From the NCBI GenBank assembly GCA_017412085.1, contig JAFPYS010000004.1:2671-66670 (forward strand): a DNA stretch of 64,000 nucleotides. Reading direction: 5' to 3'. Shown here piece by piece: positions 9,476 to 16,520 of the stretch; the first letter of the stretch is position 1, and each line of letters opens with the position of its first letter. Under the pieces are notes generated by a model. The model searched no databases. It had not been told where the DNA came from and saw only the letters and a program-made list of their open reading frames with translations. The translations under genes were made by a program, and so were the position numbers. The stretch comes from Alphaproteobacteria bacterium. GTDB lineage: Bacteria > Pseudomonadota > Alphaproteobacteria > CAAHEQ01 > UBA3637.

Positions 9476-9561
9476 ATTAGTCTCCTCAATTAAACATTTA
9501 ACGGGATCAGTATAAACATAATATTTTATAAAATCAAGCGAAATTAATTGTAAAAAATTTG

Positions 9562-9590
9562 TTGCAATTTTTTTGAAGTTGCAGTATAAT
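9562..9590 (+). promoter_or_regulatory. sigma70-type promoter for tRNA-Lys
   Basis: TTGCAA (9562-9567), 17-nt spacer, TATAAT (9585-9590), about 20 nt upstream of the tRNA 5-prime end. Confidence 0.6.
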
Positions 9591-9610
9591 ACTTTCCGTT
9601 CTCTTGGGTT

Positions 9611-9686
9611 GGGCGATTAGCTCAGTTGGTAGAGCAACTGACTCTTAATCAGTGGGCCCAGGGTTCGAGTCCCTGATCGCCCACCA
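9611..9686 (+). tRNA. tRNA-Lys (anticodon CUU)
   Basis: GGGCGAT TA GCTC AGTTGGT AGAGC A ACTGA CTCTTAA TCAGT GGGCC CAGGG TTCGAGT CCCTG ATCGCCC A CCA. 76 nt, clean cloverleaf, encoded CCA. Confidence 0.93.
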
Positions 9687-9727
9687 TTTGTGACAGCCAC
9701 CTTAAAAAGGGTGGCTTTTTCTTTTGT
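9680..9727 (+). repeat. left copy of a perfect 48-bp direct repeat (tRNA-Lys 3-prime end plus terminator)
   Basis: CCCACCATTTGTGACAGCCACCTTAAAAAGGGTGGCTTTTTCTTTTGT is identical at 11418-11465 by manual base-by-base comparison. Confidence 0.9.
9695..9722 (+). terminator. rho-independent terminator after tRNA-Lys (second copy at 11433-11460)
   Basis: AGCCACC (9695-9701) pairs with GGTGGCT (9710-9716) and is followed by TTTTTCTTTT. Confidence 0.7.
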
Positions 9728-9822
9728 TTCCATGCGGTTGTGTGAGTTCGATAAGATCATTTTCAAAAATGGTCAAATTTTCATCATTATCGAACTTTTG
9801 CTAGGTACTACTATTTTTCACA

Positions 9823-11322
9823 CTAACGAGATTCTCCGCCAATCGATCTAGATGGAAATGGTGTATTGTTTTCACCTTGAGAGCTCTCTGGCTTTTCATG
9901 GTATTCATCAACAATGGTGCCATCGTTCAATCTATGCACATAATCAATCACTTTGTAATTTTTGTAATTTGTTTCTGTCGTACTATATTCCAGACGTAAA
10001 ATTTCTTTTGTTATTTGACCGTTTGTATAGTAAACAGTTCTATCATCACTTTGTTCCATTGTTCGTTTTCCGTCATTATCATAGGATATTGTTGTCCCAT
10101 TTTCCTGTAATTGGACAGGTAGCTCGTCATCACCATATGTATACACTCTATCGTTTTTTACTGAATTATCCGGATTAAGTTCAGTTCTATGAAGAACACG
10201 ACTTTGATCATCGTAGGAACTTTTAACTATCCCCAAGTCTTCTTGTGTCCCGCGAGAGACTTGTTCTGCTGATAAAATATTTCCGTTGTCATCCCTTTGA
10301 ACATTTTTTAAATCAACTCCCGTGGGTGATAATAAACTTTCTCTATCGACCCCCAGACGTTGTGCAATACTGTCTATCAACTCATTGGCCCTTAATGAAT
10401 CCGGATGCATTGTCGGATAAAAGTCATCATAGGCTTGGGCACCAGCGCCTAACGAATAGCTGTATAACCACTTATGATTTGCAAACTCAAATTGCTGGGC
10501 TTCGTGCTCTGAAATAAAAGTATTGACCATAGGCGTATTCTGACCGGAAACGATAGATTTCAATACTTCTTCTTTGGCTTTTTTGCCTGCTGTTTCTTCG
10601 GAAAGTTTTTTGTCTTTTGTCATTAACCCAGATTTTACGCTGTTATAAACAAGGCCATCCAATACTGATGCTTGTTCCATCCAATTATTTCCAATTTGAG
10701 AAAGGTCAACTTTTGCATTTAAATGAGATACCATCAATGATGACATCAAGCGAGCCTCTGCTTCGCTTGCAATTGATAAATCATATTTTTCCATTGGTAA
10801 ATCGCTCAAATTTCCAACACCTTTCCGCATTTGTCGAACATGGCACAATTCGTGAAATAAAGTGTCAATAAGATTTAAATCATTTTGTGCCAGTTGGGAA
10901 TTTAATTCCAAAGGGAACCCTTCTTTTTTGGGATTTGCCTGTCCATAATCTGAATCATCCATATCATCAGAAAATGAGATCTTAATTTTTTGATCAGCAT
11001 TCAAATCTTCCAACAGTTTTTGTCCCTCTGGGGTTCCGGACATTTCGAAAAGGGCCATTTTTGTCTTTTGCGTGGCCAAGTCTGTTCCTGAAATATCAAA
11101 CAATTTGCTTATTTGGTTAGCGAATTCGGGACTAATTTCTTTGTCCATTTGAAGCACAAAATTTTGATAGGTATCCATTTCTGATCGTGCAGGCGGTGAT
11201 GGGACATCAGCCGTATGTTGGTTTGTTGCCAGTTCTCCCGCAACTAATACTCCTGCTAATGCGGTAGTTGCAACAAGAGGATGCCTTTGTAATTTTTTTA
11301 AAAAATTGCGTAAGGATGCCAT
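9823..11322 (-). CDS. membrane-anchored or secreted HExxH (zincin-like) protein with C-terminal YD/MORN-like hairpin repeats
   Basis: N-terminal hydrophobic segment PLVATTALAGVLVAG. TLFHELCHVRQM at 10840-10854 fits HExxHxxQ, reminiscent of DUF4157-type domains. C-terminus has YTYGDDELPV..ISYDNDGKRT..VYYTNGQITKE repeats. Confidence 0.6.
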   Translation of the reverse strand: MASLRNFLKKLQRHPLVATTALAGVLVAGELATNQHTADVPSPPARSEMDTYQNFVLQMDKEISPEFANQISKLFDISGTDLATQKTKMALFEMSGTPEGQKLLEDLNADQKIKISFSDDMDDSDYGQANPKKEGFPLELNSQLAQNDLNLIDTLFHELCHVRQMRKGVGNLSDLPMEKYDLSIASEAEARLMSSLMVSHLNAKVDLSQIGNNWMEQASVLDGLVYNSVKSGLMTKDKKLSEETAGKKAKEEVLKSIVSGQNTPMVNTFISEHEAQQFEFANHKWLYSYSLGAGAQAYDDFYPTMHPDSLRANELIDSIAQRLGVDRESLLSPTGVDLKNVQRDDNGNILSAEQVSRGTQEDLGIVKSSYDDQSRVLHRTELNPDNSVKNDRVYTYGDDELPVQLQENGTTISYDNDGKRTMEQSDDRTVYYTNGQITKEILRLEYSTTETNYKNYKVIDYVHRLNDGTIVDEYHEKPESSQGENNTPFPSRSIGGESR

Positions 11323-11417
11323 TTATTTTTCTTCCTTTCATTTCCCATTATGGTACATAAAAAAGATATTTATGTCAATTTTTTTAATTTCATTTGTTCG
11401 AAGATAGCATACACTCC

Positions 11418-11465
11418 CCCACCATTTGTGACAGCCACCTTAAAAAGGGTGGCTTTTTCTTTTGT
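11418..11465 (+). repeat. right copy of the perfect 48-bp direct repeat
   Basis: Identical to 9680-9727. The base before each copy differs (G versus C) and so does the sequence after (TTC versus AAA). Confidence 0.9.
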
Positions 11466-11496
11466 AAAAAATATTGAGATGAAGTATAATGGCCGC

Positions 11497-12228
11497 ATGA
11501 AAAAGATTCACTTGATGGTATTGTGTGTTTTGTGTGGATGTCAAGGTGTTGTGGTGCCAGAAGTATTTACTTATCGCGAGATTCAAACGAACACTTATCG
11601 ACTGGCTTCATGGCAAAAGATAACCGATACAACTAAGCCTGTCCGAATTTATATTGAAGGGGACGGGCATGCATTCAATCATTGGGGATATCCGACCGCG
11701 AATCCCACGCCGCAAAGCGTTTTTTTGCGCAAGATTGCTTTTAATGATCCGAATGCTAATGTGGTGTACTTGGCGCGTCCGTGTCAATATGTGGATGATC
11801 AACGTTGCACCGTAAAAGATTGGACAACAGGACGTTTTTCCCAAGAGATTGTGGATTCTACTGCGTTAGCCATTAAAGAGGTGGCAAGTGCACGACCCGT
11901 TGTTTTAGTTGGATATTCTGGCGGGGCGTTGCTGTCCGGGCTGATAATAAAACAAAATTCAACGCTGCACGTTACTAAATGGATAACAGTGGCGGGCGTC
12001 TTGAATCACAAGAAATGGACAGAAGATTTAAATTTACCACCACTCAAAGATTCCATTGATTTGGATAAGTTGCCAACTATTCCTCAACTTCATTTAGTCG
12101 GTGATAAAGACAAGGTTGTTTCGTATAAATTAACAAAATCATTAGCAAATAAGAAAGATGTAATTGTTGTCCCTAAGGCAACACATGATTGTGGATATGA
12201 AGAGTATTATTCGATTATTTATGAATAA
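11497..12228 (+). CDS. lipoprotein with alpha/beta-hydrolase fold
   Basis: MKKIHLMVLCVLCGC looks like a lipobox. The nucleophile elbow is LVGYSGGALLSG. An alternative start lies at 11479. The track start at 11350 reads through the direct repeat and is rejected. Confidence 0.6.
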   Translation: MKKIHLMVLCVLCGCQGVVVPEVFTYREIQTNTYRLASWQKITDTTKPVRIYIEGDGHAFNHWGYPTANPTPQSVFLRKIAFNDPNANVVYLARPCQYVDDQRCTVKDWTTGRFSQEIVDSTALAIKEVASARPVVLVGYSGGALLSGLIIKQNSTLHVTKWITVAGVLNHKKWTEDLNLPPLKDSIDLDKLPTIPQLHLVGDKDKVVSYKLTKSLANKKDVIVVPKATHDCGYEEYYSIIYE

Positions 12229-12274
12229 AAAAGCCACCGCAGAACGATGGCTTTCTTTTTTGAACCCAACCTGT

Positions 12275-13171
12275 TTAGAAGTGATAACGAACGCCAATCA
12301 ACCCTTCCAAGTTATATAAATTATCATCAGTGTGGATATAGCGTGCGCGTGCCATGGCAACCAAACTGAACATTTCATTGATCGGATAAGTGACGCCGCC
12401 CGCGACAGAAAGTCCCAAATTAATATCCGAAGTTGAAGAAACCTTTAATCCTTGATATTTTCCATTTGCTTTACCTTTAACGGCCCAAATTCCCGCGCCG
12501 ACAAACGGATAAACGCGAAGCGCTGCGTTCACGGGGAAGTCATAATAAATATTGGCGCCAAAGTCGTATTGCTTGTATTTGATTTTTCGGTGTTCTTCTG
12601 TGGCCAATTTCCCTTCTGTATGATAGTCAAATTCAGCATCTACACGCACAGTCGGCGACATGCGTGTTCCAACCGCAACGCCCCAAATAGGACTAACGGG
12701 TTTGTCAAGCCCACTGGGCCATCCCATGGTCACACCAATTCCTAAACGAAAATCGGCATAAAAAGGTCTTTTGCGCCGAACTTCCTTGGAATTATAGACG
12801 GGAGAACGGTACGGATCAGCTTTTTGTTCGGCGGATGCTGTCTCATAGGATGCGCCATATAAACCAGCCTCTAACCGTTGTTGTTGCGTTGGGTACCACA
12901 TCATTTGAGATGATCTTTGTGGCGTAACATTGCTGTATGGCGCAGGAGTTGGTTGCTGATAGAATCCATACGCTTGCGGTGACGCAGGCGCGGGAACGGA
13001 TGTGTCATAGGCGGCATTACCATAGGCGCCAGCTTGATAGGATCTATCCGCATTATAACCTTGTTCTACACGGGATTGAGAATAGGAATATCCTTGGCTT
13101 GCATCATATGTTTGTGCCCACACAGGATGGGTTATGAGAAGGCAAAGAGTAAAAAGTAAAGAACGTTTCAT
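12275..13171 (-). CDS. outer-membrane beta-barrel (OmpA-TM/Opa-like) protein with Y/Q/S-rich N-terminal extension
   Basis: Signal peptide MKRSLLFTLCLLITHPVWA/Q. About 150 aa rich in Y/Q/S/A/P. The C-terminal region has about 8 strands and ends ..IGVRYHF. Confidence 0.65.
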   Translation of the reverse strand: MKRSLLFTLCLLITHPVWAQTYDASQGYSYSQSRVEQGYNADRSYQAGAYGNAAYDTSVPAPASPQAYGFYQQPTPAPYSNVTPQRSSQMMWYPTQQQRLEAGLYGASYETASAEQKADPYRSPVYNSKEVRRKRPFYADFRLGIGVTMGWPSGLDKPVSPIWGVAVGTRMSPTVRVDAEFDYHTEGKLATEEHRKIKYKQYDFGANIYYDFPVNAALRVYPFVGAGIWAVKGKANGKYQGLKVSSTSDINLGLSVAGGVTYPINEMFSLVAMARARYIHTDDNLYNLEGLIGVRYHF

Positions 13172-13182
13172 GTATTTCTCCT

Positions 13183-13431
13183 TTAATCTTTTTTTTGAAC
13201 AAAAAGATTGCAATGGCAATGGCCCATTTCAGCAATCTCACGTTCATGTTCACCACACGGACAGTAACCACGTGATGGTTCGCACGGACAATGCCCATCA
13301 CAAGCGGTTAAACAGCGATTAATAATTTTGTCAGCAAAGGGGGAAAGTTCCCATCCTTTTGCTTTTGCATACAGCTCTACAGCGTGTTTAAAGTGTTCGT
13401 TATCCATATTCTTCCTTTCTACATACCCCAA
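13183..13431 (-). CDS. ferredoxin-thioredoxin reductase catalytic-subunit-like small Cys-rich protein
   Basis: HCPCEPSRGYCPCGEHEREIAEMGHCHCNLF resembles the FTR CPC..CPC..CHCxLF signature, but with non-canonical spacings. N-terminal ELYAKAKGW also resembles the family. Confidence 0.55.
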   Translation of the reverse strand: MGYVERKNMDNEHFKHAVELYAKAKGWELSPFADKIINRCLTACDGHCPCEPSRGYCPCGEHEREIAEMGHCHCNLFVQKKD

Positions 13432-14036
13432 AATTCAACAATAACAATTTGAATCATTGCCATGATAAATCCAGCAAAGATACCAGCGGTGACATCGTCC
13501 ATCATCACACCCATCGGTGTCTTCTTCCGATCCCAAAAGGCAACGGCTCCAAATTTAAAAATATCAAAGAAGCGGAACAGCAAGAAGCCCACCAACAACA
13601 TAGGACCATGCATCAATTCCGGCAACACCACCACAAACGGAATCATTTGACCGACAACTTCATCGATAATAACACAGGAAGGATCTTTTTCCGTTTTATC
13701 TTGAGTAAATTGTTGTACAGCCAACAAGCCCAATAAAAACAAAATAAAAATGGTAAACCATAAAAAAGGTGCCGATAAATAGCTGAGCAAGTAAACAACA
13801 GGCAATGCCACCAATGATCCGATGGTACCGGGACCCTTTGGAAAGTAGCCAAGAGGACCAAGCGTTGCAATGTGCCAAGAACCAACACTTAAAGAAAAAT
13901 TGTTTTTCTTTTTGGGTGCCGCAGGAGCCTTGTTGGAGACCACAGGAGCCTTGGAAACAACCACTTTCTTTGCTGCCGACTTTTTGGAGGGAGTTGCTTT
14001 TTTAGCAGCTTTTTTCTTTTTTGTTTTCTTTGCCAT
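13419..14036 (-). CDS. pgpA: phosphatidylglycerophosphatase A with Lys/Ala/Pro-rich N-terminal extension
   Basis: GPGTIGSLVALP and IIDEVVGQ motifs. The first ~50 aa read MAKKTKKKKAAKKATPSKKSAAKK... and contain no internal ATG. Confidence 0.8.
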   Translation of the reverse strand: MAKKTKKKKAAKKATPSKKSAAKKVVVSKAPVVSNKAPAAPKKKNNFSLSVGSWHIATLGPLGYFPKGPGTIGSLVALPVVYLLSYLSAPFLWFTIFILFLLGLLAVQQFTQDKTEKDPSCVIIDEVVGQMIPFVVVLPELMHGPMLLVGFLLFRFFDIFKFGAVAFWDRKKTPMGVMMDDVTAGIFAGFIMAMIQIVIVEFWGM

Positions 14037-14047
14037 TCAACTTTCTC

Positions 14048-15073
14048 CTACTCTGTTGTTTGATCTAATTCATCGTTCAAGGCCGGATCGTCAGGGAACA
14101 AGCTAAAATTATCTTTTAATAACTGATGCAATTCTTTGACGTCTGGCATGCTTTCATTTTTATATTGTACTAAAGTAATTTGATTTTGCAACAAATAATC
14201 TTGAACTTGTTGATAATTTTGTATTGAGCCACGAATCATAACGAGTGTGGGCAAAATTTCAGCGGATGGCTCCATTTTCTTTAAAGCCTCACGTTGGGTA
14301 AGCAGGGCCGCACAGGGTTGCATGGAGGCGCCCGTTTCATCTGTCCATGTGCAGGCCTCAATTGGTTGGGTTGTGTCCACAGTCCATGTATGAGGTTCGC
14401 TGAACAATTTACACAAAACGGCCACATCATCGGACGAGTAAACCAAATCAATAATTTTACCTTCTAAGGCCACATGTTTAAAAGCCATCATATCTAGGTC
14501 GGGATCAATATCCGCCAGAGTGTTAATGTCTTGCTCTTTAGATGATTTGTTGGTGGCGGGGTCAACCGGTGGAACAGGTGCCGCGGGAGACGGAGCGCCC
14601 CCCTCGGGGGGCTTGACACTCAGAATAGCATTGTTTTGAACATTCATGCGTATAGGAGGGGCTATCTTTGGTCTTTGTCCGGGAACGGGTGCCGGTGTTG
14701 GCGCGGTCCCAGTTGCCACAGGTTCGGTGGGCGCTGGCGTTTCGGCGACAGCGTTTTCAACCGTCGGTGTGGCTTCGGTTTGTTGAGGTATGGCCGCGGG
14801 GGACATTGGTGCGGAAGAAGTTTGAACGGGCGTGGTGGCCTCAGGAATTTGTGAGCGGTTAAAAAAATGTTTCATGATTTTACTCCATATTTGTAGCCAA
14901 TAGGCCGTTAAAAAACCAACAACAAATACAATATATACGGTGACATTGTTCCAACGAATGCGCTTGCCAGAAAAATAGCATAACGCCCATAACACGGCAA
15001 CTTCAATGGCTATGCCGGCTAAAAGTATTAATCCTCGTTTTACAATAAACACGTTTTTCCCCCCTAAGCGCAT
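14048..15073 (-). CDS. hypothetical membrane protein (2 TM, Pro/Ala/Thr-rich linker, C-terminal globular domain)
   Basis: TM segments at the N-terminus. Linker TTPVQTSSAPMSPAAIPQQTEATP...PSPAAPVPPVDP. The C-terminal ~170 aa are unassigned apart from a weak IDLVYSSDDVAVLCK pattern. Confidence 0.5.
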   Translation of the reverse strand: MRLGGKNVFIVKRGLILLAGIAIEVAVLWALCYFSGKRIRWNNVTVYIVFVVGFLTAYWLQIWSKIMKHFFNRSQIPEATTPVQTSSAPMSPAAIPQQTEATPTVENAVAETPAPTEPVATGTAPTPAPVPGQRPKIAPPIRMNVQNNAILSVKPPEGGAPSPAAPVPPVDPATNKSSKEQDINTLADIDPDLDMMAFKHVALEGKIIDLVYSSDDVAVLCKLFSEPHTWTVDTTQPIEACTWTDETGASMQPCAALLTQREALKKMEPSAEILPTLVMIRGSIQNYQQVQDYLLQNQITLVQYKNESMPDVKELHQLLKDNFSLFPDDPALNDELDQTTE

Positions 15074-15075
15074 GG

Positions 15076-16434
15076 TTAAATTGTCATGCGGATACGATCA
15101 GCAGTCATCACGGCTTGTAAATCATTTGGCCCTGTGCCGCTTATAAAACGATCGGTAAGTGGCGTTCTTACTGTAGCGCTCTCCCCGTTAAAGTCATTTT
15201 TCATGTCTGTATAAACAGCGTTCCATTGGCTATGCATCGTGGATTTTTTGCCATCAATCAAGACATTTGGTCCATCCAGGCCTTGCACCACATGGGATTG
15301 GGTAAGCTTGTATGTGTGTGTTGTGGGATCAAGCTCTTCTTGCGAGATAACGGCGGAACCAGATTCCATAAAATAGGTAATGGCGGTAATCTTGTCCCCA
15401 TTTTTATGGTAACGTGTCATCGTTTTGTTTTCTTTATTGACAATTTTTCCGCCTGGGACAGCAGTATGCGCACTCAATTCTGCCTCTGCGTCCGTCAGCA
15501 TGGTCGCTGCGGTGCTTGTCATTTGAGATAGACGTTCAAGTTCTGCTTCATGTTGAGCACCCTTTTCTGTGGCGGATGCCAACATGGTTTTTTCCATGTT
15601 ACCAATAAAACGTGCAAGAACTTCAAGAGGAAGACTCATGCAACGTTTGGCTATTTCCACCGCACATTTTTCGGGATCACTAGAGGCGGCAATGACGGCT
15701 TCCAAGCTGTCGCCATATACCTTTTGCCAAGAAGCCCACATGTCGTCTGGAATGTTGGAAACAACGTCGGCCAAAATACTTTTATGTGTTGAGAAGAAGG
15801 CCTTAATGGCGGCTTTATATGGGCGATTTTCACGTTCCAACTTTTCCATAATGTTTGTAAGACCATCTCGGTTGTTGTGGCCAAAGATAAGAATAGCCCG
15901 TCTTGGCCCACCAGTATGATCTTCTGGATCCACTGCTGGATCCAAGGTTACAGCCCAGTCCCTAACATCAGACAAAATCTTGTTTTTCAATGCGTCAGGA
16001 AGTGAATCATAAGGATACTCTATCTGATCGGGCTTAAGGGTCCAGTTTTTGATGTTTTCATGACGATTGTAATGGTCCACAAGTGTTTTGTTGCACACAT
16101 CGCTATTTTCAGCCAAGTCGTTTAAAAGCTCTCTTAATTCTTCGCGTTGTTGTTTGCTTACGGGATGAGGATGACCCGGCAGAGGAATGAACTTGTCCCA
16201 CGCACCTGCGGCCTCCTTGGACACAAATCTTGTCCATACCTGTTCGGCCGCTGCTTCAAATTTGCTTCGATTTCCCGGGATCCGAAGACTTGCATCGTTA
16301 AAGAGATCTATGAACTCTTGAGCGGAAATTGTCGTAAAATCTGCAGTTGCGAAATCTACCATTTGAAACTCCTTTTGTAAGGTATTAGTTCGTATATACT
16401 CATAGGATACCATAACTTTTTCTTTTGTCAACAA
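15076..16434 (-). CDS. hypothetical soluble protein, no signal peptide
   Basis: 452-aa ORF only 2 nt upstream of the next gene, divergent from the CWxC gene triplet. No motif recognised. Start uncertain among several in-frame Met codons. Confidence 0.5.
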   Translation of the reverse strand: MLTKEKVMVSYEYIRTNTLQKEFQMVDFATADFTTISAQEFIDLFNDASLRIPGNRSKFEAAAEQVWTRFVSKEAAGAWDKFIPLPGHPHPVSKQQREELRELLNDLAENSDVCNKTLVDHYNRHENIKNWTLKPDQIEYPYDSLPDALKNKILSDVRDWAVTLDPAVDPEDHTGGPRRAILIFGHNNRDGLTNIMEKLERENRPYKAAIKAFFSTHKSILADVVSNIPDDMWASWQKVYGDSLEAVIAASSDPEKCAVEIAKRCMSLPLEVLARFIGNMEKTMLASATEKGAQHEAELERLSQMTSTAATMLTDAEAELSAHTAVPGGKIVNKENKTMTRYHKNGDKITAITYFMESGSAVISQEELDPTTHTYKLTQSHVVQGLDGPNVLIDGKKSTMHSQWNAVYTDMKNDFNGESATVRTPLTDRFISGTGPNDLQAVMTADRIRMTI

Positions 16435-16520
16435 TAAAACGATAATATTTGATGCAAAAAACAGTTGCTTTTGAAAAAAAATCTTGTTACACTCAAGAAA
16501 AAGATGCTAAAGGGGGCTTG

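Larger units (their letters stand above)
9680..11465. mobile_element. integrase-less tRNA-Lys-associated islet bounded by 48-bp direct repeats
   Basis: att-like duplication of the last 7 nt of the tRNA plus its terminator flanks a 1690-bp insert carrying a single gene with its own promoter-like TTGACA..CATAAT. No recombinase lies inside. Confidence 0.6.

Noticed and set aside
11350-11496. Upstream extension of the lipoprotein hydrolase ORF (track start 11350)
   Set aside because: The extension reads through the 48-bp direct repeat and its terminator hairpin. The lipoprotein signal peptide begins at 11497, so the longer frame is fortuitous.
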